In this document: positions 7,054 through 16,493 of the stretch, in pieces
Layout: each line of letters opens with the position of its first letter
How positions within the stretch are numbered: the stretch's first letter is position 1
Assembly: GCA_951812955.1 (NCBI GenBank)
Contig: OX638340.1
Coordinates: 640,001 to 704,000, forward strand
Origin: an uncultured Gemmatimonadota bacterium
GTDB lineage: Bacteria > JAAXHH01
Direction: 5' to 3'
Length of the DNA: 64,000 nt
The notes under the pieces: model-generated
The model's input: only the letters and a program-made list of their open reading frames with translations
Databases searched by the model: none
Told to the model about the DNA's origin: nothing
Program-made: the position numbers and the translations under genes

Positions 7054-8841
7054 ATGATAAGAAAACACCATTTTGCCGTCACTGCACTATGCCTGTGTCT
7101 CACCGGAAAAGCCGCGGGTTCGGATGTCGTTATATCGGAGGTCCTGGCCGATCCTCATACAGAATCAAAAGGCGAGTTTGTCGAACTCTACAACGCGGGA
7201 GACGAACCGGTTGATCTCGACGGATGGCCCCTCGGTGATTCAAGGGATGTGAACGATACGATCATGGACTTCACCGGCCCACATGACATCGGCCTCGCAG
7301 GTACCGTACTGGCGCCGGGTGCATACGCGCTCGTCGTGGATCCTGATTACGAAGGAGCATACAACGTCCGGGTCGGCGTGGAAGGCGATCCCGCGAGCCT
7401 CCTTATGCTGACGGTCAAGGGCGACCGTACCCTTGGCAATGGGCTCGGCAACAGCCAGGACCTGGTCTTCATAAAGAAAGACGATATCACGATCGACCAG
7501 TTCGCATGGACCGAATCGGCGGGCGGTAACGGCATCTCCTGGGAGCGGACGCGATTGGACTTGCCCGTGGATGCAGCCAATCTCTTGTCGTCCGAACATC
7601 CCGATGGTTCGACTCCGGGGTTCAGAAACAGCACGTCGAACGATCCGCCTGCCGCACCGGAGCCGGAGGAACCCGGGGAACCGATCGTTCCAGAAGAACC
7701 GCATGAACCTGGCGGACCGGAGGACCCCGCCGAACCGACGGAGCCGGAAACGCCCACCGGGCCTGTTGATCCCGCCGAACCGGACGAGCCTGTCGAGCCC
7801 GGGGAGCCCGACCAGCCTGCTGAACCGACGGAACCCGGGGTGCCCGGGGATCCGGACGAGCCTGTCGAGCCCGGTGAGCCCGACGAACCGAACGAGCCTG
7901 TCGAGCCCGACGAGCCTGCTGAACCGCAGGAGCCCATGGACCCCGAAAAAACCGACGGGCCGACGGAGCCGGAAACGCCCACCGGGCCCGTTGATCCGTC
8001 GGAACCGATGCCTCCTCAGAACGCCGACCGGTCCTTGGAAAACGTGTTTATCAATGAAATCATGTTCAACCCGGGTCCGAACCGAACAGAATGGATTGAA
8101 TTACACAACAGGGGAAGGACCGAGATTGATCTTGCCGGCAGTATGCTGAGGCTGGATCACGTTGACCGGACGCGGCTCATTTCCTCGGATCGCCTCGTGA
8201 TCGAAGGCCAGGGGTTTCTCGTCATTGCGCACGACGCGGTCCTGTTCCATGAGACGTATCCCGGATTCGCAGGAATCGCGGTGGAAGCGGTGGGCGGTTG
8301 GGAGCGACTCCGAAACAGCGGTGCAAGGTTGTTGCTCCTGGATGCAGGTGGCAAAACCATACACGATGCGGAGTACGACGAGGAATCAAATCCCGATCCA
8401 GGCCGTTCCGTGGAACTGGTAAACCCGGACTTCGAGCCACAGATCTGGGGGCCTTCTGCCGATCCCGAAGGGAGCACTCCGGGCCGGAGGAACGCGCTGA
8501 ATGTAACTCATATCCCCGACGGAGTTTCGCTCCACGTCGCCAACAATCCATTCTCCCCGGATGGCGACAATTATGAGGACATTTGCCTGGTGACTGTTGA
8601 ACTGCCCGCATCCCACGGCATTCTGCATGCCATGGTTTTCGATATCAGCGGTCGATTTCTCAAAACGCTCATTAATCAGACTGCCGTAGCCAGCCGGCAT
8701 GTATTCTCCTGGGACGGAACGGATCAACACGGACGCAGCCTGCCCGTCGGTCCGTACATTCTATACGTGGAACAGATGCTGCCCACACTCGACAGGCTGA
8801 CGGCTTCCAAGCACGTGGTTGTGATCGCATCTTCGCCATGA
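7054..8841 (+). CDS. Secreted/cell-surface protein. It has a signal peptide, two lamin-tail (LTD) domains separated by an acidic Pro/Glu-rich repeat linker, and a C-terminal FlgD-Ig/T9SS-like sorting domain.
   Basis: 595 aa. The N-terminal signal peptide is MIRKHHFAVTALCLCLTGKAAG. Two LTD-like blocks begin VVISEVLADPHT..GEFVELYN and VFINEIMFNPGP..EWIELHN. A roughly 120-aa segment is made of EPxEP/EPTEPETPTGPVDP repeats. The C-terminal beta-sandwich (ICLVTVELP...VFDISGRFLKTL...GPYILYVEQ) resembles FlgD-Ig/por-secretion tail domains. Confidence 0.6.
   Translation: MIRKHHFAVTALCLCLTGKAAGSDVVISEVLADPHTESKGEFVELYNAGDEPVDLDGWPLGDSRDVNDTIMDFTGPHDIGLAGTVLAPGAYALVVDPDYEGAYNVRVGVEGDPASLLMLTVKGDRTLGNGLGNSQDLVFIKKDDITIDQFAWTESAGGNGISWERTRLDLPVDAANLLSSEHPDGSTPGFRNSTSNDPPAAPEPEEPGEPIVPEEPHEPGGPEDPAEPTEPETPTGPVDPAEPDEPVEPGEPDQPAEPTEPGVPGDPDEPVEPGEPDEPNEPVEPDEPAEPQEPMDPEKTDGPTEPETPTGPVDPSEPMPPQNADRSLENVFINEIMFNPGPNRTEWIELHNRGRTEIDLAGSMLRLDHVDRTRLISSDRLVIEGQGFLVIAHDAVLFHETYPGFAGIAVEAVGGWERLRNSGARLLLLDAGGKTIHDAEYDEESNPDPGRSVELVNPDFEPQIWGPSADPEGSTPGRRNALNVTHIPDGVSLHVANNPFSPDGDNYEDICLVTVELPASHGILHAMVFDISGRFLKTLINQTAVASRHVFSWDGTDQHGRSLPVGPYILYVEQMLPTLDRLTASKHVVVIASSP
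7660..8010 (+). repeat. Intragenic tandem/duplicated DNA repeats encoding the acidic EP-rich linker of the LTD protein
   Basis: The sequence ccgacggagccggaaacgcccaccgggcc(t/c)gttgatcc occurs at about 7737 and about 7960. The sequence gacgagcctgtcgagccc(g/c)g(g/t)gagcccgac occurs at about 7786 and about 7856. Confidence 0.7.
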
Positions 8842-8957
8842 ACAGCCGGATATTCTACTTGACACGGGCTATCAGTGTCCCTTGATTTACAGTGGCTCCA
8901 CGCAAAAATGCTGCTGAACGCCAAGAGCTGAATCGGGTCGCGTACAGAGATAGCTAC

Positions 8958-9905
8958 ATGAACAATATCGTGGTTTTCAGCGGCTCTTCCCATCCTGCTC
9001 TTTCGGAAGAGGTATGCCACTGCCTGAACGTGCCGCTGAGAGCCAGTACCCTGACACGGTTCAGCAATGATTGCCTCCAGGTCCAGTTGAATGCGAACTG
9101 CCGCGAAGGTGATGTTTACATCATCCAGCCGCTGGGTCCCCCCGTGCAGGAAAACCTGGTTGAGCTGCTGTTGATGCTGGATGCCGCGCGCGGTGCGTCA
9201 GCGGCTCGCACCACCGCCGTCCTTCCTTATTACTCCTACTCGAGATCCGACAAGAAGGATGCGCCCCGAATTTCCATCGCTGGACGCCTGGTGGCCGATC
9301 TGCTGGGCACGGCTGGAGCCAATCGCATACTCACGCTGCAAATGCATCAACCGCAGGTACACGGTTTTTTCAGTATACCGGTGGATCATTTGAACGCGAT
9401 CAAAGTCCTTGCCCAACATTTCCAGCAGCGGGATCTGAGCAATACGGTCGTGGTGTCGCCGGACCTGGGTAACGCAAAGAACGCTGCCCATTTCGCGCGG
9501 CAACTGATGCTGCCGGTTGCGGCGGGCAACAAGCGCCGCATATCGGACGAAAAGGTCGTGATCGACATGATTGTGGGCGATGTTACCGGCAAAAACGCGA
9601 TCATCATGGACGATGAGGTCGCGACCGGCGGCAGCATCATCGAGCTGATCCAACGGCTGGAGGAACGCGACGTACAAAAGGTGTCCGTCGCATGTACACA
9701 CGGTGTGTTCAGCGGAAAGGCTATAGAGAGATTCGCAAACTGTTCCCGGATCGATGAGATTGTCACGACCAACACGGTTCCAATAGGCGAAGACAAGCGA
9801 CTTCCCAATATGGTGATTCTATCCGTCGCTTCATTATTGGCCGAGACGATTCGAAGAATCCATAACGGAGAATCGGTGAGCAGCCTGTTTGCCGATACGA
9901 TGTAG
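8958..9905 (+). CDS. prs: Ribose-phosphate pyrophosphokinase (PRPP synthetase)
   Basis: Has the PRPP-binding loop (DDEVATGGSIIELIQRL) and the N-terminal domain pattern (MNNIVVFSGSSHPALSEEV...). The ORF-track entry starts at an upstream GTG; the first ATG at 8958 matches the canonical Prs N-terminus. Confidence 0.9.
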   Translation: MNNIVVFSGSSHPALSEEVCHCLNVPLRASTLTRFSNDCLQVQLNANCREGDVYIIQPLGPPVQENLVELLLMLDAARGASAARTTAVLPYYSYSRSDKKDAPRISIAGRLVADLLGTAGANRILTLQMHQPQVHGFFSIPVDHLNAIKVLAQHFQQRDLSNTVVVSPDLGNAKNAAHFARQLMLPVAAGNKRRISDEKVVIDMIVGDVTGKNAIIMDDEVATGGSIIELIQRLEERDVQKVSVACTHGVFSGKAIERFANCSRIDEIVTTNTVPIGEDKRLPNMVILSVASLLAETIRRIHNGESVSSLFADTM

Positions 9906-9912
9906 TTTCCGG

Positions 9913-9931
9913 CCGGAGGGGTTTCTCCCGG
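9913..9931 (+). terminator. GC-rich hairpin immediately after the prs stop (possible intrinsic terminator, but no U-tract)
   Basis: ccggagggGTTTctcccgg forms a roughly 7-bp stem with one bulge, 8 nt after the prs stop. No downstream T-run follows, so its function as a terminator is uncertain. Confidence 0.2.
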
Positions 9932-10001
9932 ATTGCCGCCCAACGCGGAAAACCGGTCGGAATACCGAACGCGGGATTAACCAGTTTCATGGAGGAAAAG
10001 G

Positions 10002-11120
10002 ATGGATAAGATCAAACGGCGCGAGTTTCTGAAGACGGCATCAACGGCTGGATTGGCCGGTGGTGCCGCGCTTGTTGCTGGTTGCGGGTCCGGACAGGAA
10101 AACAGCGGTCCCGCCATCCGCACGGATAAGAACTACGAATGGAAGATGGTCACTACCTGGACGCCGAATTTACCCATATTGCAGGAGAGTGCGCGGCTGT
10201 TTGCAGAATGGGTGGAGGAAATGTCCGAGGGACGAATGAAGATTACGGTGTATGCGGGTGGCGAGTTGATTCCAGCCCTTGAAGGATTCGAAGCGGTGAG
10301 CCAGGGGGTGGCGGAGTTGGGACACGGCGCCTCGTACTACTGGGCGGGGAAAGCGCCTGCCACCCAGTTCTTCTCGTCGGTACCCTTCGGTATGAACGCG
10401 CAACAGGTTACGGCCTGGCTTTACAGTGGAGGCGGTTTGAAGCTGTGGGAGGAAATCTACGCCCCCTTCAACCTGATACCCATGCCCGCGGGCAATACCG
10501 GATTCCAGATGGGCGGCTGGTTCAGGAAGGAAATCAACACGGCCGACGATCTGCGCGGACTGAAAATGCGCATACCAGGCCTTGGAGGAGACGTGATCAA
10601 GCGGGCGGGTGGTTCTGCCATTTTATCACCCGTTGGAGAGATCTACACCAACCTCGAACGCGGCGTAATCGACGCGACCGAATGGATCGGTCCCTACCAC
10701 GATTACCTCATGGGTTTTTACAGAGCGGCGCAGTACTACTACTATCCGGGATGGCACGAGCCGGGAACCGTGACGGAACTCATGGTCAATAAAAGCGCCT
10801 TCGAGGAACTTCCCGCATATCTGCAGACGGTGATCCGGACCGCGGCGGCCCGCTCGACGCACTGGGTGCTTTCCGAATTCGATGCCAGGAACAACGAATA
10901 CCTTCAGAAACTGATCAACGAAGAAGGGGTACAGCTTCGGCGCTTTCCGGATGCCGTACTAACGACACTCAAGGGTTACTCGGAGGAAGTCATCGCCCAG
11001 TTGATCGAAACCGACGAAGACAGCAAGAAGGTGTACGAATCCTTCACGACTTTTCGGAAGACAGTCAGCGGCTGGACGGACCTTGGGGAGAAGATCTACT
11101 ACTCGGGAGCGATGGGATAG
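10002..11120 (+). CDS. TRAP-transporter substrate-binding protein (DctP family) with a Tat signal peptide. No dctQM genes are adjacent.
   Basis: 372 aa. Has the twin-arginine motif RREFLK plus a lipobox-like AGC. The body matches the DctP/TRAP SBP fold (NTGFQMGGWFRKEIN..DLRGLKMRIPG...ATEW). A GGAGGAAAAGG Shine-Dalgarno lies upstream. Confidence 0.8.
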   Translation: MDKIKRREFLKTASTAGLAGGAALVAGCGSGQENSGPAIRTDKNYEWKMVTTWTPNLPILQESARLFAEWVEEMSEGRMKITVYAGGELIPALEGFEAVSQGVAELGHGASYYWAGKAPATQFFSSVPFGMNAQQVTAWLYSGGGLKLWEEIYAPFNLIPMPAGNTGFQMGGWFRKEINTADDLRGLKMRIPGLGGDVIKRAGGSAILSPVGEIYTNLERGVIDATEWIGPYHDYLMGFYRAAQYYYYPGWHEPGTVTELMVNKSAFEELPAYLQTVIRTAAARSTHWVLSEFDARNNEYLQKLINEEGVQLRRFPDAVLTTLKGYSEEVIAQLIETDEDSKKVYESFTTFRKTVSGWTDLGEKIYYSGAMG

Positions 11121-11173
11121 GCTGGGACCATAAGCGGAAACGGTAACGTCCGCTGGGACATCTTCCGGCCGAA

Positions 11174-11887
11174 TCATTCGAAGACGCCTGCAATTCGGGC
11201 TATCCACCCGGTCGATGCGTCACAGTACAACAGGTCGTTGCCGCATCGCGCCAAACCGTGCGGTTCCGGAAGGTCCGGAGCGATTTGTATCTCGTCGCGC
11301 ACATCACCGGTTTCGATGTCCAGTTTGGCAACGACACGGTCCATCTTGAAGACCATCCACAGGGCATCGTCCTCGGTCCTTACGACACCGTGACCGGCGT
11401 CGTAAGGCAGTGGGATGACCCTTTTTACCGACCAGTCCGGGATACGGACCTGGGTGAGTGTTTTTTCCTTGAGCGTGCTCAGCCAGATCGTGCCCGTTTC
11501 CACTGAATCATAATCCAGGCCATGGGTGCCGCCAGGCGCGGGAAGCGATCGGCGAAGCAGCGTTGCTCCTGTCAGGGGATCGACCTTGAGGATCTCGCCC
11601 GTACCGGACGGGGCATCCGTATGCTTCGGGAAGCGCCACCGTTCGCCCGGTCCGTTCGCGGCCAGCCAGAGACCGCCCTCGCCAAACGACATACCGCTTG
11701 TATTGGAAGATTCCGTAGGCAACTCGCGGATTATCCTGGAGACTCCGTACTCGTGGGGGGCTTCAAGGGCCAGTAGCGCTACTCGATCGGTTAATTGATC
11801 CACGACCCACAGGCCTTCATCGGTGACCTGCAGTCCATTGGGCGCTCCGTAAGGCGCGCGCATGTAACGGGTGATTTCGGGATTCAT
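11174..11887 (-). CDS. Six-bladed beta-propeller protein (SMP-30/gluconolactonase/Vgb-lyase-like)
   Basis: 237 aa. Has repeated WxxD / GxxD blade-like motifs (LWVVDQ, LWLAANGPG, IWLST, LWMVF, LLYCDASTG). The family is assigned from pattern only. Confidence 0.4.
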   Translation of the reverse strand: MNPEITRYMRAPYGAPNGLQVTDEGLWVVDQLTDRVALLALEAPHEYGVSRIIRELPTESSNTSGMSFGEGGLWLAANGPGERWRFPKHTDAPSGTGEILKVDPLTGATLLRRSLPAPGGTHGLDYDSVETGTIWLSTLKEKTLTQVRIPDWSVKRVIPLPYDAGHGVVRTEDDALWMVFKMDRVVAKLDIETGDVRDEIQIAPDLPEPHGLARCGNDLLYCDASTGWIARIAGVFE

Positions 11888-11979
11888 GGAATGTTCCGTG
11901 GTTATTGACGCTCGACATTAGATTCCAGGTGCTTCATACGCCCGGATGCCCGACCTGATATTGCACTCGTATGTCCTGG

Positions 11980-12948
11980 TTACTTTCGATCCTTGAGACG
12001 GGTCCAGCCTCTACCCGGGTTATATGGCTTCGCTTCGTGAAAACGGTCTCGTAATTCCTTGAAAGCGTCGGGCGTTCTGACCTCCCGTTCGGGATGACTC
12101 GAATCCCTGATTACGAAGTCCGCCTCGCTCGGATAGCAGGCCATGGTTACCGGGTCCCGTTCCGGAGTATAGGATTCCGGATCCTCCTCCGCGTTATTCG
12201 GCGCATCCATGGACTGATATCTAAGGTCCACGCTCCAGCGTACGATATCGGACCGGTTCACGAAGGAGGCATGAGGCGTCAGATTAGTCATGAACAGGAC
12301 GTCGCCCAGTTTCATCTGCAAAGGTACGGGATCGCGCCCGGGCAATTCGTCGGCCGGGATTTCCAGGTAGCCGCCGTGCCCACCGGTGTAATGTTTGAAT
12401 ACACCATTTTCATGGGCGCGCGGAATCACGTACAGACAGCCGTTTTCTACCGTCGTATCAACCAGCGGGATCCAACAGGTCACGATAAGGTACCGGTCGC
12501 AGTGGGGCAGGAAATAACCCGAGTCCTGGTGCCAGGGTACTTCCGTTCTCGTGTATTCCGGGATCTTCGGACGAATTCTGTACGCGGAAGCGCCCACGAT
12601 GTCCGGCCCGACCAGGTCGTTAACACAATCTACCAGGTTGTCGTTCCGCAACAGACCGAGCATCTCTTCCCCGCTGAATCCGCCCCCTCCCCGTCCCATG
12701 ATCATCTTCATGATCTCCTGCCCGGCTTCTTCGGATTCTTCGTATACACGCGCGAGACGGGTCTCGAATCCTGATGCTTCGTACAGATCGGACAACTTTC
12801 CTTCGCGGTGCAGACGGTGCGCTCCGTCTGCCACTATTTCGCCCAACGCGGCAATCAACGGCCGCAGTTCATCCCGCTCCAGCAGTCCTTCTTTGACCAG
12901 ATATCCCTGCGTGTTGAAATGTGCGATTTCCGTTTGTGCAAGTCCCAT
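11980..12948 (-). CDS. Phytanoyl-CoA dioxygenase (PhyH) family Fe(II)/2OG oxygenase (second copy)
   Basis: 322 aa. Has the HxD motif in VPWHQDSGYF, the distal His in LTPHASFVNRSD and an Arg in a VRWSVDLRYQ-like 2OG-binding context. Confidence 0.7.
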   Translation of the reverse strand: MGLAQTEIAHFNTQGYLVKEGLLERDELRPLIAALGEIVADGAHRLHREGKLSDLYEASGFETRLARVYEESEEAGQEIMKMIMGRGGGGFSGEEMLGLLRNDNLVDCVNDLVGPDIVGASAYRIRPKIPEYTRTEVPWHQDSGYFLPHCDRYLIVTCWIPLVDTTVENGCLYVIPRAHENGVFKHYTGGHGGYLEIPADELPGRDPVPLQMKLGDVLFMTNLTPHASFVNRSDIVRWSVDLRYQSMDAPNNAEEDPESYTPERDPVTMACYPSEADFVIRDSSHPEREVRTPDAFKELRDRFHEAKPYNPGRGWTRLKDRK

Positions 12949-13025
12949 GGTGCCTCTCGCTTCTCAAATGTACAGCGCGCGGTGCGCCAGGAAACCCGTC
13001 CGGCGGCTTACTGGCGTACCGAGCT

Positions 13026-14786
13026 TCAGATTCGCATCAGGTCAGAAACGTCCAATTCAGTTCTGGGCTGGTAGGGTTTGAGAAAACGCATGATCTCTTC
13101 CGACGTGGGCAGGTCCAGGGCTTCGCGGGTTATGGTCTTGAGCTCCTCATAGTCCGCCGAACGGATAAGGCTCTTGATCTCGGGGATATCGATCGGACTC
13201 ATTGAAAGCTCGTCAACGCCTAAACCCAACAGTATGCAGGCTGCAAGCGGATGAGCCGCCATGGCGCCGCAGACACCTACCCAGATATCGTTGTCGTGTG
13301 CGGCATCGATAATCGATGCGACCAGGCGGAGAACCGCCGGGTGGCATGGATTATACAGGGAGGCGATGCTCGGATTGCCCCGATCGGCCGCTACCGTGTA
13401 CTGGATCAGGTCGTTCGTGCCGATGCTGAAAAAGTCCACTTCCTTCGCCAGATCCTGGGCCGTCAGCGCGGCCGAAGGGATTTCGACCATGATCCCGATC
13501 GACATCGATTGATCGACAGGCACACCCGCCTCCAGCAACTCGTCCCTCGCTTCGTTAAAAAGTACCTTTGCCCTTCGGAGTTCATTTAATCCGGATATCA
13601 TTGGAAACATCAGACTTACGTTACCCTCTACACTGGCCCTCAGGATGGCTCGTAACTGTACCTTGAACATTTCCGGCCGATCAAGGCAGAGCCGGATGCC
13701 CCGTTGTCCAAGGGCGGGATTGGCTTCGTCAGGCATCTGTTTGGGCATCTTGTCCGCACCGAGATCCAGCGTGCGTATAATCACGGCATGCGGGGCCATG
13801 CGCTGGGCGATTTTCAGATAAGTCCGGGTCTGTTCATCTTCGGAAGGCAATTCGTTACCCACCAGGTACAGGAATTCGGTACGATACAGGCCGATCCCGT
13901 CCGCACCGTGATTCAAGACGTCTTCCAATTCAGCCGGCAGCTCGATATTGGCCGAAAGCTCGATGCGCCTGCCGTCCCGCGTCTCTGCCGGCAGGTCATG
14001 GAGCTCCTGCAGTTCATGCTCCAAAACTGATAACTGGGATTTCGTTTCCCTGTACCGGCTGATCGTTTCCGGATCCGGATCGAGATGGACCAGCCCGCTG
14101 TTGCCGTCGATAATGATCGTCATTCCGTCTGAAATTTCCTGCGTGGCGATGTTCGCGCCTACCACCGCCGGCACGGCCAGACCGCGGGCGACGATCGCCG
14201 TATGGGACGTCTGGCCTCCGGCGTCGGTGATGAAGCCGCACACCGCGTCGCGATCGATTTCCGCGGTGTCCGAAGGGGACAGGCTGTGGGCTACGAGCAC
14301 AGTCTCTCCCTTCATGTTCTCGATCTCCGTGTGCGCGCTACCCGTGAGCTTGGCCAACACCCGGTAGTGAACGTCTTCGAAATCTGCGGTCCGTTCTCGG
14401 AAGAATGGATTCGCAATGGAGGAGTAGCTGGCAATCCATCCTCGCATCACATCGTCGAAAACATACTCCGCGTTGGCCTTCTCCCGACGAATACGCACGA
14501 TGGTGACATCGACGACCTCCGGATCTTCAAGCACGGCCTGGTGGGTACGGAAGATCTTCAGGATGTCCTGGTCGATATCTACCGCGATGCGGCGCTGCAG
14601 TTGGGTCAGGTCGTCCAGGGCCTCATCGACCGCGGTCTTGAAGCGCTTGATTTCCGCTTCAACTTTGTCAGAGGAAATCTGACGCTGGTGAATGGCGGCG
14701 AAGCGGCGATTGTAAACTAAAGCGCGGCCGATGGCTATGCCTGGTGATGCCGGAATGCCTTTCAGCACGCGGTGCTCATCGCTCAT
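13026..14786 (-). CDS. ptsI: Phosphoenolpyruvate-protein phosphotransferase (PTS enzyme I)
   Basis: 586 aa. Has the active-site His region (GGQTSHTAIVARGLAVPAVVG) and the PEP-utilising TIM-barrel C-terminal domain. Confidence 0.9.
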   Translation of the reverse strand: MSDEHRVLKGIPASPGIAIGRALVYNRRFAAIHQRQISSDKVEAEIKRFKTAVDEALDDLTQLQRRIAVDIDQDILKIFRTHQAVLEDPEVVDVTIVRIRREKANAEYVFDDVMRGWIASYSSIANPFFRERTADFEDVHYRVLAKLTGSAHTEIENMKGETVLVAHSLSPSDTAEIDRDAVCGFITDAGGQTSHTAIVARGLAVPAVVGANIATQEISDGMTIIIDGNSGLVHLDPDPETISRYRETKSQLSVLEHELQELHDLPAETRDGRRIELSANIELPAELEDVLNHGADGIGLYRTEFLYLVGNELPSEDEQTRTYLKIAQRMAPHAVIIRTLDLGADKMPKQMPDEANPALGQRGIRLCLDRPEMFKVQLRAILRASVEGNVSLMFPMISGLNELRRAKVLFNEARDELLEAGVPVDQSMSIGIMVEIPSAALTAQDLAKEVDFFSIGTNDLIQYTVAADRGNPSIASLYNPCHPAVLRLVASIIDAAHDNDIWVGVCGAMAAHPLAACILLGLGVDELSMSPIDIPEIKSLIRSADYEELKTITREALDLPTSEEIMRFLKPYQPRTELDVSDLMRI

Positions 14787-15051
14787 TACACGCCTCCCGG
14801 TCCCTGTCGAACATATCGGTTATCGCCTCTATCGCAGCCGTTTCGTCCGGGCCTTCGATTTCCACCGTAATGGAACAGCCGTGTTCTGCAGCCAGCATCA
14901 TTACACCCATGATGCTCTTTCCATTAACCGGCACTTCGTCCTTGACCAGCGTGATATCCGATTCGAATCGGGAAGCCAAGCGGACCAGTTGTTCGGCGGG
15001 TCGCATGTGCAACCCTTTTCTATTCTTAACGGTAACGGTTTTCCGTACCAA
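14776..15051 (-). CDS. ptsH: Phosphocarrier protein HPr
   Basis: 91 aa. The His15 region is KNRKGLHMRPAEQLV and the Ser46 regulatory region is VNGKSIMGVMML. Overlaps ptsI by 11 nt. Confidence 0.85.
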   Translation of the reverse strand: MVRKTVTVKNRKGLHMRPAEQLVRLASRFESDITLVKDEVPVNGKSIMGVMMLAAEHGCSITVEIEGPDETAAIEAITDMFDRDREACNER

Positions 15052-15089
15052 GGCGCTGCCCGATTCATTCAGACGTAGGTGAGATGCTT

Positions 15090-16073
15090 CTATTCGTAAT
15101 CTTCCCTGCGGTACCTGACACGCTTGCCTTCCTTCATGACCTCCAGCACACGCTGATTCAGTGCCGACGCCGGGTTAATTCCCACTACCTTCAGGAGGTA
15201 CCTGAGCGCGATCACCTCGGATACGACAGTCAGATTCTTACCGGGATTGATAGGTATACGGACAAAGGGAAGTTCCGCGTCGAGTAACGTAGTGGTCTTC
15301 TCATCAAGCGCCGTACGTTCATAGTCGCCGTCGTTGTTCCAGTCTTCCAGATTCACCACCACTTCGATCCGCTTGCGCAAGCGGATGCTCCGGATGCCGA
15401 ACATGCGCGTTACGTCGATAATCCCGACACCGCGAATCTCCATGAAATGTTGCGTGACCGTGTTGCTCGTACCCATGACGATGCCGCGCCGGATTCGGTA
15501 CGCGGTGACCACATCGTCCGCAACCAGCCTGTGACCCCGTTCGACGAGATCGAGGGCCGTCTCGCTTTTGCCGATTCCGCTGCGTCCCGTGAACAGCAGG
15601 CCTACCCCATACACGTCGACCAGGGCGCCGTGTATGGTCGACATCGGCGCGAAATAGGGTTCCAGGTACTCGACCAGGGAATGTACGAAGGCGTCCGTAC
15701 TCAGCGTGGTCCCGAGGACGGCGGTCTCGAATCGCTCGGCGGTTTCGGTCAGTTCCCGAGGCGGATCCATGCCCTTCGTTATGACCATGCAGGGGACGCC
15801 CAGTTCGAACATTCTGTCCAGCGACGTGGACCGCTGTTTCCCGGACAGACTCTTCAGGTAGGTTAATTCGGTTTCTCCCAGGATTTGAATCCTGTTATTG
15901 GAAAACCGCTCGACATATCCCGCCAGCGCGAGTCCCGGCCGGTTCGTCTCCGCGTTTGTGATCTTCCTGGAAAGTCCCGTTTCACCCGTGAGCGGGGACA
16001 GTTTCAGATCGACCTGTTCTACCAGGGTCTTGATCAGCAAGGCGCGCGATTTCAAGGGCGATACCGTGGCCAT
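15090..16073 (-). CDS. hprK: HPr kinase/phosphorylase
   Basis: 327 aa. Has the P-loop GRSGIGKSETALDL and the signature LVADDVV...EIRGVGIID. Confidence 0.9.
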   Translation of the reverse strand: MATVSPLKSRALLIKTLVEQVDLKLSPLTGETGLSRKITNAETNRPGLALAGYVERFSNNRIQILGETELTYLKSLSGKQRSTSLDRMFELGVPCMVITKGMDPPRELTETAERFETAVLGTTLSTDAFVHSLVEYLEPYFAPMSTIHGALVDVYGVGLLFTGRSGIGKSETALDLVERGHRLVADDVVTAYRIRRGIVMGTSNTVTQHFMEIRGVGIIDVTRMFGIRSIRLRKRIEVVVNLEDWNNDGDYERTALDEKTTTLLDAELPFVRIPINPGKNLTVVSEVIALRYLLKVVGINPASALNQRVLEVMKEGKRVRYRREDYE

Positions 16074-16155
16074 CGTTATTTATCAAGGGGAAAGGTATGT
16101 ACCTGGTCCGGCATGGCAAATCCGGCTATATCGATACCGGCGCATGCCTGTCCGC

Positions 16156-16461
16156 TTACTGATTACGCCTAGTCCTGTGATCGTGCAACTTGCCATTGTG
16201 TTTTTTTATCTGGCTTTCCATCTTGTTGACCGCCTGATCGAGTGCGGTGTAGGCTTCGGCGTTCTCCTCCTTGCTGGTCAGGATGTGTCCCCCGACGTGT
16301 ACGTTCAGCTCAACCATATACCGGTATTTTTCCTGTGAGACGATAAGATCCGCACTCAGGATATTGTCGCTGTAACGGTTTAAACGGTCGATCTCTCTAT
16401 CCGCGTGCTGCTTGTATTCCTCTGCCAATTCGCAGTGGCGGGCCGTCATGGTTTTCTGCAC
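16156..16461 (-). CDS. hpf: Ribosome hibernation-promoting factor / sigma-54 modulation protein (short HPF)
   Basis: 101 aa. Shows the RaiA/HPF fold pattern and sits immediately downstream of rpoN, the conserved position. Confidence 0.85.
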   Translation of the reverse strand: MQKTMTARHCELAEEYKQHADREIDRLNRYSDNILSADLIVSQEKYRYMVELNVHVGGHILTSKEENAEAYTALDQAVNKMESQIKKHNGKLHDHRTRRNQ

Positions 16462-16493
16462 GTTCGCCTCCCTTCCCTGTGTTGCCGATCCGG

